Below, in pieces: positions 39,076-50,945 of a stretch of 64,000 nt of DNA; the stretch's first letter is position 1, and every line of letters begins with the position of its first letter. The stretch is taken from the NCBI GenBank assembly GCA_030141605.1, contig JAQGDQ010000551.1, forward strand, positions 1 through 64,000. The letters are read 5' to 3'. The stretch comes from Tubiluchus corallicola (taxonomy: Eukaryota > Animalia > Priapulida). Made by a program: the position numbers and the translations under genes. The notes under the pieces were generated by a model. The model was given only the letters and a program-made list of their open reading frames with translations. It searched no databases and was not told where the DNA came from.

Positions 39076-39416
39076 TGATTCCGTTTATCACTAAGCTTCT
39101 GTTTTGGATAACAAACGCCATGGCAACAATTACTTGTTACAACTAGAAACACGTTCCTTTGGTTTCACTAGAGAAAACTGGGATCCTGACATAACAGCAG
39201 TATTTGCGTGTTGTTGAAGTGACAGTAAAGTGGACGGCAGAGGCGCAAGTGGTTGGCTATTTTATCTGAACAACTTTACTGGGCAGACAGCTACATTAGT
39301 AGGGTAAATATGATCTTTAGCTGAAATCTTTCCGACCTGGGCTTTTCAACTATGTGCTTGCATAAGCTGTAGGAAATCTTTTACACATTTGGATTATTTT
39401 CTTTATCATCTTGCAG

Positions 39417-39782
39417 ATGATATTTTTTCTAAAGTTGCTTTCTGTAGTCTGCGTTCTTGTTATGCAGTCCGATAGTTCAAACGAGTGCAGTTTTCTCAGA
39501 GGCAGAACTGATGGCAACTTTGGGACGTACCTGCGTAGCGATGGTGCTCTAGCACGATGCAAGGAAGGCTCACCTACTATGAAGGAACATCAAAAGAAAT
39601 GCTTTATATGCTCGGGGGCCGATAAAATTCAACTTGGACCACGCAAACGACCGTCAGGGTTCGAAAAGAAATACGCGGAAGCCGAAGAAAAGCACAAAAA
39701 ATGTTGTTCGGATGAGATATATTATCAGCAAAGATGCGAAATAATTGAAATAGATAAACGTTCTGTCAGTGGAACATCGTAA
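39417..39782 (+). CDS. Small secreted Cys-rich protein (121 aa), family not recognised
   Basis: Polypyrimidine tract + cttgcag| directly before ATG. Hydrophobic N-terminus MIFFLKLLSVVCVLVMQSDS. Non-repetitive ORF with 7 mature Cys and dibasic sites. AATAAA at 40121. Confidence 0.65.
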   Translation: MIFFLKLLSVVCVLVMQSDSSNECSFLRGRTDGNFGTYLRSDGALARCKEGSPTMKEHQKKCFICSGADKIQLGPRKRPSGFEKKYAEAEEKHKKCCSDEIYYQQRCEIIEIDKRSVSGTS

Positions 39783-39893
39783 AGTTTACATTGTGTCACC
39801 CATAGTGCTGTAGCTCTTTGCTAAGCATCAAACAACTTGCAGTACCATCTTTGTGATTGACGACAAGACACAATATGTAATTTGGAAGGGCAC

Positions 39894-40077
39894 GTAAGCT
39901 GAAAAAATATACACATGTTTGGTAAAGTGCTTATTTGTGTTAGTTTTCTTGTTACTATATTATATTAATTGTTCTTATATCTGCATTGTAAGCTGAAAAA
40001 ATATACACATGTTTGGTAAAGTGCTTATTTGTGTTAGTTTTCTTGTTACTATATTATATTAATTGTTCTTATATCTG
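39894..40077. repeat. ~94-bp tandem duplication (2 copies) in the putative 3'UTR
   Basis: gtaagctgaaaaaatatacacatg...ttcttatatctg repeated at 39894 and 39988. Confidence 0.9.
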
Positions 40078-41027
40078 TCGTTCAAGTTAAAGAAATTGCT
40101 ATTGATACTTGTTATATAAGAATAAAAAGTTTATCTTAACCGGTTGTAGAAGCAGCAATAACACAAAAAATGAATTTCGTCTTCTACCTGTTGGCTGTCA
40201 TGATGCTGACAGATTCTCATATTCACAGGGACTTTGGGTTGTTGGTGTCGTCCCTTTTTCTATTAGTAAGTTATGCGCACTTATTCGCAGCATCGTGAAC
40301 ATGATTTTTTTCATATTTGTTGTTAATAAAATGTTTTCTTGCGTAAATTCTGATTTAAACTTGCAGTAAGTGCGCAGTTTATTGTTCCTGTTATTACTCC
40401 TGCCTGTTTCTTTTGCAATATTATACTTCCAAAAATCGTTGTAGGCCGAATTATATTAGGCCTAACGTTTCATTACAATATCTATAAGTTGCAACAGATC
40501 TCAAGGAATAGCACGCACTGTTATACTGATACGTTCTGTCTTTTCAGCAAGTTGCAAAGGAACTTGGTTTATGGAGCGGTTTTTCTGGAACTAGTTCATT
40601 ATAACAAAATGGAATTTAGAATTGGAACTTTTTCGTTCCTATGTTAAAAAGTTAATGGAACAACGAATTTGAATTAGTTCCCTTTTAGACAGAGAAACTT
40701 GGAATTAATATTAGTCCTCTTTCCAAGGTCCAATCAGAAGCATATTTTAAACACTTTGCATTGCTTACTGTCTGCTTAGGTGTGCCACAAGGAAGAACAT
40801 TTATTGTTGCCAGGAATATTTAAAAGATGCCAACTTTAACAATGATAAGCGACCAAAAATTGCTGTGCTGTTTAACATCGTTTATCATTGTTTATTCTAT
40901 GCATAACGCCTAAAAACCAATGACTAAACTAAACTAAAAAGAAATAAATTCCGCTAAAATGAAATAATGATCTTTTGGTCCAAAGAATTTGGAATTGCAA
41001 CTAGTCCTTTTTCTAACAGTCAGAGGT

Positions 41028-41561
41028 GTTGTTGTTGGCATCCTTCTGTCTCGGAAGACAATGGAGTGTGCGCCAAGAGAGTCAGTTATTGATCACATTG
41101 ATGGAGCTGCAGCGTCGACTGTGGCTGAGCAGTGCGATCCTTGAACGTCTCCAGGGCGCACGCTTGGGCAAGGTGTATGGAGATCCTGAGTTGCCCAGAC
41201 CGCAGGAACCCCCTCTCTTCCTCCCTGATGTAGTCCAAAGGAAAGCGGAGCGATACGTTTGGCAGCAGGTTGGCTGCAGGAGCTGCCGGAGTCAGTGAGC
41301 ATGCTGCACTAGTCCACCTTTGGAGCTCCACTCCTGATTTGGAAGGTTTACTCCTCTACACTTGACCTCCTCCGCCCTCTAGCCGTTGGCTGCTTGTGCA
41401 GCTCCTCCGCCTAGTGTCGAGATACAGTGTGGGCATCCCGCAAACCTACAGCACCTGGTATTCCTAGGCGGTCACCCATCCAAGTACTAACCAGGCTCTA
41501 CGTTGCTTAACTTCGGTGATCAGACGAGAACCGGTATTTTCAACGTGATTTGGCCGTAGCC
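41028..41561 (-). mobile_element. 5S rRNA-derived SINE (SINE3-type), copy 2
   Basis: Reverse complement of copy 1 with a 16-nt indel and a (CAA)n tail. 10-bp TSD AGTCAGAGGT at 41018-41027 and 41562-41571. Confidence 0.9.
41442..41561 (-). rRNA. 5S rRNA-like sequence (SINE head)
   Basis: 120 nt with box A/IE/box C-like segments (agttaagcaacg...ggttagtacttggatgggtgaccgcc). Ends in only TTT. Confidence 0.85.
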
Positions 41562-43309
41562 AGTCAGAGGTATCAGAAAATCGGATTCGTTGCTTTTGTT
41601 ATTATCAAAGCCTTATCCTCGCTATAAAATTAAGAATTGGCACTAATTGATAAAACTAAAGAATTTTCGACAAACTGCTTTTCAGTATCTTTGCTATAAG
41701 ATTATTCATCAAGTTTTTAGAAAATCGCTACTTAAATTAAAAACAAATACCAGATTTTTTTGTAATCACTCTGGTCTGTTCCATTTCTTTTGTTGAAGGT
41801 TTCAACCAAATCTAACAACTTTGTCTCTCACACACTGTTTTAACCTAGAGCAATAAGCAACCCCGATTTGGTCATTCCTGTTTTTAGTACATTGATTCTT
41901 GGGTGCAGCAAAGACTGACCGCTCGCTGCGCTTCAAAAACGCCCTCAAAAGGGAATTCTCATGAAAGTGAAATTAGCCCCTGTAAAGGTCGATGACATAA
42001 CAAACGACTTTCTCTGCCCATTGCAATCCATTACTTATAACACATACCAACCAGTTTAACGGCAGCTCCACACAGCATTTTCTTGTAATTAACTTGGCAA
42101 TTTTTATAAATAAGCACATGTCTATTACTGGGTCAATTTGGAAACAAAATTTTGCCAGCAATTTCAGATTTGTTTGGGCGCAATGCAGTGTAAGGACCGT
42201 TTAATCAAAGATGACAATTGCAGTTGAACTTACCGTCAGTCCAGCTATGGAGGGGGTCCCAAGCAATGGATACGCCTCCTATGTCCATCCTAGCATGTAA
42301 CTTTAAACTCGATTAGGATTATTGCCCAATTCAGTTTTGTCAGTTTGGGATTTGTCGGATTTTGCAAAAAGAAACACGTCGAAAACTGAAAGTGTTATTT
42401 GTTTCTGAACTGCATTTGGCGACAGTGGTGGTGTGCGAGTTGTGAATGTTGTAGAGGACACTATATTTAAAGCGTCAGCATTAGATGCATAGCAACGGAA
42501 TTTGTAGGCCTAGGTAAGAAAACAAAGCTTTTTTTCATTATAATTATTATAGTTAAAATTTATTTAAATTCCTATGTTTTTAGAGCTCTAAGTATTTTAA
42601 ATTTAAAAGCAATTTTTAGTTGCTTGATAATGTATCAAGGTTGTTTAAGAAAAAAATGAAATGATGACAGAAAAAAGAGAGAAGACGTCAGATTTAAAGG
42701 AATTTCAATATACACTGATTTCATTTTCTTGTCAATGAAGGGCACATGTTCATCATATTATAACATTTCAGAGTATCTAATAGCCTAAAATTATTATTAC
42801 AATAGAAGTGAGTGTACCCATTCACTGGCCTCAAAATTATGATCAAATTTTTTAAAAATATTTATTGGTGCCACTAATTTAAAAATTAAAATGATAAAAA
42901 AACCGTACTTTGTTGGTGCTCTTTAAAAGAAATTATGTCTCGATTTGAAAATTATACAAATTGCATTAGACAATCTGTTAGTTTTAATTCTGGGTTCAAA
43001 TGATATTAATACTAAACCTAATAATTTTAGAAAAATGAAAAAGTAAACTTAGTAAGTTTACGATAAAACAACCACTTAAGACTTATGTTTAGAAATATAT
43101 AAACGGCCTTAATCTGAGCAAATATTAAATTAAAATTATTGGACAACAAAGAGCGTTCGGTGAAATTAGATAACCAATTTTCGATAATTTTTTTGTTCGG
43201 TTTATCTAGACAAAGATCGCTTTTAGGACAATTTCAATTCAGTTCTTTCAAATTCGTTACAAATACGTCTAAATCAGGAAAGAAAGTTGTTCTTAAGGAG
43301 TTTGTCAAT

Positions 43310-43905
43310 ATGATCTATGGAACATATGGAACTTACTACCCAGTGAAATAAAACAAATAGAATCTCTCCACCACTTTAAAAAGAAATTAAAAGAATATCA
43401 TTATAACAGGTTTCAACTTCCAGATTATGCATCTGATACTAATTACACAGACTCCACTTTCATCTACCCCCGCCCCTGACTCCATATAACGATTAAAAAT
43501 GTAAAAATTTTAAAAAAAATTATGTAATGTAATACGTGTTATGTTAGTTTCGTAATGTCAAATGTATAAATAGTGTAAATGTAATGAGTGAAATTTATGT
43601 AATGTAAAGCATGTTTCTGTTAATTGTGTTATGTCAAATGTATATTGTGTAAAATATGTCATGTAAAATTTAAAGTACTTTTGTAATATTGTTTTGTAAA
43701 AATATTTTAATATGGGTGTTTGTAAATATGTTCATTTATTGTATATAATTAGGCCTTAGTTTTGCACTTTAGTTTTTTTTTAGCATGCACTGGACGCATT
43801 TGTCTTGAACAGTGTTGTTATTTTAACATCACGCTGAGGCTTACTCAATTTTATTATAATGACTGAACCATTTTAATGACAAATAAAGAATTAATATATA
43901 TATAT
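43310..43905 (+). mobile_element. LINE (L2/CR1-group-like) 3' fragment
   Basis: Translates IWNLLPSEIKQIESLHHFKKKLKEY. The 3'UTR matches 10615-10985 (inverted). AATAAA followed by (TA)n. Confidence 0.7.
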
Positions 43906-45779
43906 GATGCACACATTCACGACTGGTTATGACATACTATACATACAATAATATAACATATATACTGCCTTTATATGATCTAAAGGTGAGTCTGCTACGT
44001 AGTGCATTGTATCCAATGAACCATTTCATTTATTAGTTACGGTTTTTAGTCAAAACAAATAAGCAGTGACTAATTTGAAGAGACAACACCCAACTGGACA
44101 GCCGTGTCTGCTGAGTAATTAGTTACACCTGTTAATTTTACCTTGGAATCATTAATTTTCACTGAAAGCTTTGACGCACACCTTTCTAGTTCAAATTCTA
44201 GGTATTAAGGATCTCCAGGCTCTTGTAACAAATTTGTTTTAGAATTCCAACACGGTTTATAGGTATTAATTTCTCAGTTTTGCTAATTCTGCCGTAGAGA
44301 TGTTAAAAGTGGCAAGTTAAAGTTGCAGTGTGTGTTGCAGTGTGTGTCTAATATCCAAAAAATCGCACTTCTATTAGATAAAATTTCATTTCTTAGAAAT
44401 ATATTTATTAGAAATACATAAGAGTGATGGTAGCAGGTTGAGGTCAGCACTTGAGCACCAAAATATGCTTTTGGTAAGATACGTGAAAACGCCATATTTT
44501 AAAATAAATTAATATTCAAAACGCATAGCATAAACTAAAGCAACGATTAATATCTCTGTTATTTACAGTTTACTAGTAATTCGACAATTGAATTCAGATT
44601 CAGTTCCTTTACATTGCATTAAAATGAGTTCACATTCAGACTTATCTTAAATCAATACTTTTGAAGTAAAAATAAATTTATATGCTTTTGTTGCTACATC
44701 GTCATGAAATGCTGCATTAAACACCATGCGTCATCATACATCATAAGAACCAACTTTTTTTTTGAAATTTTAAATAGCTCACCGCAAGGAGTATTCTTTA
44801 TAACTTTGTTAGTTCTAACCACACTAAAACTAATTGCATAAAACGCTTGTACGTCTAATACACCACAAGTAGTTATTGGAAAATTTTGCATTTATATCAA
44901 CCCAGCAGAAATAAAAAGAATCGAATTGTTCGATCGTGAAGTCTAAAGGCAGACCTCAATATGCAGCTCAATAATTTATGCACTGTGTACATTAAAGTGC
45001 AATTAATCTCTGTGGGAGGTCTAAAACAGGTACCCCGTTTGACGTATTCCACCAGACGGTGCTTCAACGTACTTGTTCAACAAATAAATGTTAATAATAA
45101 AGCAGCAAAATAAATACATTACAAAAACACGTAAATATATGTTTTATTTGACCTTACAAGTTCAACAGTAGGCTTTTCCTTAGAGAAAGAAACGGTTTGT
45201 CAAAACCCTCGTTGTATAATTATATTACAGAAGGGACTGTCAGCTTTCTTGATAGTTAGAACTAGTGCTAATAACCTGATAACCCTCAAAAGAAAATTTA
45301 TTACCTCTTGCTTAGCTTGAAGTTTATCTGCAGCAATTTGTTACCTAAAATTTACAAGTTTTGTTTTGCCAAAGGGTTTCAATAAACCAAATATCTGCCG
45401 ATGTTTTCCCCACTGAGACAGATCTAATTTCGAAAAAACACCTGACATTTATACGTTTAAAAGTAAAACCTGTTTCAATTTCACACGGTCCAGAAAATAC
45501 AATAGAATTAGGCAGTTTTGCTTCTTTGAAAAAATCTGAGCAAAATTCACGAGAACAATTGACAATTTTAGTGATCTAAATGGACTGGAATATGAGCACG
45601 AGGAAGTTAATGTGAAAGTAGCTATTGTGTAATAGTTAGACTTATTATTGTTAACGCAAAAATTAGATATGTTTGTTAACAATTTTTTTATCGTGCATAG
45701 AGCCATTTCTATACTTCTAATAATATAAGCTGTTGTATTTTACATCAGAGTTCAAGAGAGGATTGGAAAGAGAGGTAAA

Positions 45780-45867
45780 ATAAGAAGGAGAAAAAGAAAA
45801 GGGAGAGAGAAAATAGAAAGATAAGATAAGAAAGGGAGGAGAGAGAGAGAGAGAGAAAGGATGAAGA

Positions 45868-45941
<74 letters not shown>

Positions 45942-45985
45942 AGATGGTAGAAAGACGGAGAGAGAGATGGGGTGAGAAACAGACG

Positions 45986-46042
<57 letters not shown>

Positions 46043-46106
46043 AAGAGAGAGAGAGGGAGAGAGAGAGAGAGGGAGAGAAAGCGAGAGAGAAGGACAGAGA
46101 GAGAGA

Positions 46107-46142
<36 letters not shown>

Positions 46143-46205
46143 AAGGGAGACAGAGAAGAGAGAGGGATGTGGGAGAGAAACAGAGAAACAGATAGGACAG
46201 GCGAA
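45780..46205. repeat. GA-rich microsatellite
   Basis: Direct inspection. Confidence 0.9.
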
Positions 46206-47103
46206 GAAGCTGAGGGAAGAGTGGGTTAAGTGACAGAATGAGAGAAATATGAAACAAAACTAGTGACCTCTGTCAGTCTTATGTGTAATGTATACATGAC
46301 TAACTTGGCATTTTAGATTTTTATTATTAGTTCAGTACAAGAGGACTAAAAAATTGTTGTGGGATTATAGAATAAAATACAAATAAACATACAATTGCTA
46401 AAATGTATGTACAAGGTGCAGATGAGTAAAATAAGTAGTTTATGAAGTGAAAATAAAATTATAAAACTGCAATAAAACTGCAAGCATTAACGAGTTTGGA
46501 CAGTTTCCGAATTTGAAATCTAATTCAAAATCTGAAATATCTTCCAGTTTCTTCCCCAAGTAGTACCCTCCAAATCGTATTGTAATTGGTCCTGGCCAAA
46601 CACACATTCATGCTGGTAGCAAATTTACGCCAAATTTACCGCATGGTTGAAATCACGCGCCGCACTGTGTGTGACTGACCCCACGAATTTATTGTGCTGC
46701 CTAATATCACAATAGACAAGTCAACAATTTACAACCTTACGGAAGTAATCATCCACCTCGTAAAGAGTGAAAGTTCCTGCGTACAGGGTGCTAGAAAAAA
46801 GTACACTTTCACTTGGAAATTCCTACAGAGGGCGCTCTAAACAAATTCTTGCCCAAGGAGTACGTGTGCGGATTAGATAAGGCGGGGTTCTCCGGGGTGT
46901 GGGATGTTTCGGTGATTTTGAGGCCGCCCTGTGTTCTGCAAAGGGTGGGAAATCTAACGTGGGTTTTCGCGTGAGTAAGTCTGATTAATCTTTTTAGATT
47001 ATCATCACGAAATTGCGATATAACAGATTACGGTAAATGATACGGCAACATTTAACATTCTGCGCACCAGCATAGGAAGTATTAAAAAGATTGTAGGTAC
47101 AAG

Positions 47104-47368
47104 TTTAGATCGGTATTGTATTGTTTCCAACTTTCTGAAACTTTAGATCGGTATTGCATTGTTTCCAACTTTCTGAAACTTTAGATCGGTATTGTATTGT
47201 TTCCAACTTTCTGAAACTTTAGATCGGTATTGTATTGTTTCCAACTTTCTGAAACTTTAGATCGGTATTGTATTGTTTCCAACTTTCTGAAACTTTAGAT
47301 CGGTATTGTATTGTTTCCAACTTTCTGAAACTTTAGATCGGTATTGTATTGTTTCCAACTTTCTGAAA
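47104..47368. repeat. 38-bp minisatellite (7 copies)
   Basis: Unit tttagatcggtattgtattgtttccaactttctgaaac. Confidence 0.95.
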
Positions 47369-47499
47369 GATAGACGAATTGATTGGTCAAGTTTTGACGA
47401 CTTAGTGGTTGAGTAACATTTGACTAACATGTTGAGTAACATCATTAACTTTTAGTAGTAAATTTAGTGATCATTATGAGGCCTATTTTCTCCACTTTC

Positions 47500-47870
47500 A
47501 TAAAGCTTAAAAAATTCGTCTTGAAATTTTATACCATTTACATACTGCCTTTTTGTATACGGGCTTGCGTCGGCGGTAACGCTGTATAAAACATATAAAT
47601 TTAAACTCCCGCGATGACCGTTAGATGCAGCCATTTTAATGGCAGCTCGTTTGAAACAAGTTGAGATAACATTGCGCGAAGTTTGAAAAAATAATCAGAG
47701 CATTCGTAGCGCACATGTCACTAACTAAATAAAATTTAAAATTACTGTATCTTGTCAATAAGATTAAAAATATGTTCTGATTAGTGAGTGGCGCACCCTG
47801 GAGGTGAAATCATTGGTGAAATCATTTTAAACAAAATTTTTAATTTTCTTTTCTAGTTACATGAGACTTA
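47500..47870 (-). mobile_element. Inverted internal fragment of the Kolobok-like element
   Basis: Reverse complement matches ~32410-32750 (tcttattgacaagatac, atggctg...taacgg.catcgcgggagttta). Confidence 0.7.
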
Positions 47871-48254
47871 ACTTAGACTAAGACTAAGTTGACTTAGACT
47901 AGCTTAACTTAACATAAGACTAGTTACATGAGGCCCTAACCACTGAGGTATCCCCCTATGGTCCCCCCCCACGTTTGTGCAATTCAGAATAAAAACAAAT
48001 ACTAAACTATAAAATGAAATTTTATCTTTCGAAATGAAAAAAAACTTGCAGTAAGATTTATTTACAGTAAATACTAGGCAGCCAACAGCAACATTCTGTT
48101 TTTAGTATCACCACATTTTTATAAGCATTACCATACTTGAAATATATCATGAAACACCTTTTACTTTTGGGTAACTATTCGATTTGAAAAAAACTGTGTG
48201 GGGCTCTTCTTCCCCTGCAGCCCTAAGAGTGTGCTTACTTTGCTTAATGATTAA

Positions 48255-48708
48255 CCCTTTCAGTCCCAAATTATTTTTTTAATAAGAAAATTTTTTTTGG
48301 CTTGGTACTTCAGTATGTCCATCTTGTTTACACATAATAATTATTTTTTCTACCTGTGCCCACGTACTAAATATAGCCTGTATCCCACGGGATACATTGG
48401 GATTCACAGAAAGCATGAAATGTGCTTCATTTTGCAACTGCTGATAATTTTTTAAAGTATTTAAGACATTTAGTATGCATGCCATGCTAATCTGTACAAA
48501 GTCGTCTCTAAAGTACTGTACCTTGCACAGTTTTTTATGCCATGTAGATTTTCTAGTTTGCCATTTTATCACCATTTTTAGTCTATTGTTATTGGCTTAA
48601 ATCAAAATAACTATTAACAGATCAAATAACTGTCAGTTTTAAAACTTTATTAATTTTAAAGGCAGAAAATATTCTCATATCCCACGGGATACAACGGGTT
48701 TGAAAGGG
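48255..48708. mobile_element. piggyBac-like non-autonomous element (454 bp)
   Basis: TTAA|CCCTTTCAGTCCC ... GGGTTTGAAAGGG|TTAA. The internal near-palindrome tatcccacgggatac occurs twice. Confidence 0.8.
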
Positions 48709-49389
48709 TTAATCCAGGAGTGCATATTGCTTGCTACTCCAAATTTCTGAACTGAACTGAAGCTGCTCTAGCTTTAGGTAGCACTAGTACGGTGAGGTTT
48801 TAAATGTCATTAAATGTTAAATCAGAATGCTAATCAAACGATGAATGACAACGATTTGGTTTGTCGGTCAGTCACAACCAGTTGACTGATTCACTGACTG
48901 ACCAACCGATCGACAAACTAACTGTAGTGAACCAACAAGCTGTTATCTAATTCTTCAGTATAAATCTACAATAAATCGTGCACCTTAAGCAGGTAGAAGT
49001 GAACGACGCTGGTGATTATAAGACTTAAAGTTACGCAGCTGCTAATTAAGAGTTACCAAAAGTTCCTGCAGGCAGTGCGGCTGTCAGAAGTGTTCAACAA
49101 CCCTACATAACAGTACCCTCAGTGTCTGATTGAACAAGCGTTACTCTGTTTAAGTACCTGCCTCCAGTACTGTGTTTGTACAGTATACGACTGTAAGCAC
49201 GCGGTCAGTGTGCGGCGGTTTACCTGTAATTAGTGAACTATTAGCCTATTGCTTGTTGATTAGCTACCAGCGGGATACAGGTAAGGGGTGATTTGTTTAC
49301 CGCAGGCATCGTTTCTGGGTGTTTATAATTTCGGATATGACCATGGGCTTCAGCGACAGCGACGACGGCTAATGGCAGCTTTGGTAATC

Positions 49390-49666
49390 GTCGTTATCGT
49401 AATCGTTGTTGTTGCCGGCCGTGCTACTAACATTGGCTGACCTTCATATAGTCGGAGAAGTTACATTTGTCCCTGTGTGCTTATTATTGCTTTGTTGTTT
49501 TTATTGTTGTTGCTGTCGCTGTTGTTACTGTTGTTGGTGTTGGCGGTGTTATGGACAATGCAGTCTCGCTGTTGCTCTTGGAATTGATGTTGCCATTATT
49601 GTCGTTGTCGTTGTTGTTGTTGTTGTTGTCGCTGCTGCTGCTGCTATTATTGTTGTTGTTGTTGTT

Positions 49667-49698
<32 letters not shown>

Positions 49699-49800
49699 TG
49701 TTGTTGTTGCTGTTGTTATTGTTTGTACTGCTTCTTTGCAGCGATGCTTCAACTACTTTGTATAATAATTATTTTGTACAGTTGCCACTATTGTTGTTGT
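49390..49800 (+). repeat. Trinucleotide-rich dispersed repeat; inverted partner at ~55990-56310
   Basis: The non-repetitive core gttattgtttgtactgcttctttgcagc..tgct..aactacttt..ataataattattt is shared with the reverse complement of 56009-56075. Confidence 0.7.
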
Positions 49801-49811
49801 CGATTTTAAGG

Positions 49812-50092
49812 GATGGCAACAATGACGACGATGTTGGTGACTTCTCCGAGGATGACAACAATGACGGCGACGTTGATGACTTCTCCGAGGATGACAACAA
49901 TGACGACGATGTTGATGACTTCTCCGAGGATGACAACAATGACGACGATCTTGATGACTTCTCCGAGGATGACAACAATGACGACGATCTTGATGACTTC
50001 TCCGAGGATGACAACAATGACGACGATCTTGGTGACTTCTCCGAGGATGACAACAATGACGACGATGTTGGTGACTTCTCCGAGGATGACAA
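49812..50092. repeat. 39-bp minisatellite (7 copies)
   Basis: Unit gatgacaacaatgacgacgatgttgatgacttctccgag. Confidence 0.93.
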
Positions 50093-50945
50093 ACACTTTA
50101 CAAGCCTTTCATGAATTTTTTGTATACGTCATTAAGGGAGGGAAGAGACTGGCTTGTTTCATTAAGGTGTTTTATTAAAGTAATGCAGCCTGCCAGAAAG
50201 TTCAAGGATCCTTCGGTATTGAGGGGCATTGGGATGGTAGAAAGTCCGGGTTCGAATACCTGGTCATCTAACTTTCCTACCCAAAAATTTGTTGACTCTG
50301 ACTACATAACCTTTCTCTCAGGCTGCTTTGTTTTCAGCGGTGTGTCAGGAGATGAAAGTTGTCACCGCGTTTTGAATTCACAGTCGACTTACACATAAAT
50401 TGTTCGCTCTCTGGAACAGTGGAACAGTAAACAGAACGCGAACAGACTGAACCCGGACAGCCGGTCAGACGAGCTGAGTAACAACCGAGATATGAGTTTG
50501 CACGGGCATAAATATGACAAAGTTGTTTAACCTAGATTGTTCCTAAACGTTCTTGCAACAAACGACACAGTCCCACAATCAGTAGCTCCTGCTATGCATT
50601 AAATTTGCACAATAAGATTGTCTTTCAGAAAAGATTAACTAGAAGAGATAGATAAGAGCAAACAGGATGTGGTCAAAGTTAATGACAGAAGTATTGTGGG
50701 GAATAATAAAACACGTGACTGGGGTAGGAAAACGCATAAAACTTGCCGACAGAGGATAATAAAACAGAGAAAACCAGAACTGCCATCAATTCACAGCAGT
50801 TAGAGAAAGCTGGGCCATTCACTCAGGAACTCATCAGTAAACGAAGAGTGTTGAGTTCAATAAAAATGAAAAGAGCCGGTAAAATGCAAGCTAAAGTCAT
50901 CCTGTTCACCAGGGCAGCAGCATTTGATAACAACACGCTAGCTAT

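Noticed and set aside
49192-49215. taagcacgcggtcagtg resembling miR-124
   Set aside because: The seed is altered (missing G) and no convincing precursor hairpin was seen.
50225-50265. tRNA-like B box (ggttcgaatacc)
   Set aside because: No cloverleaf or clear A box could be built; at most a decayed tRNA-SINE relic.
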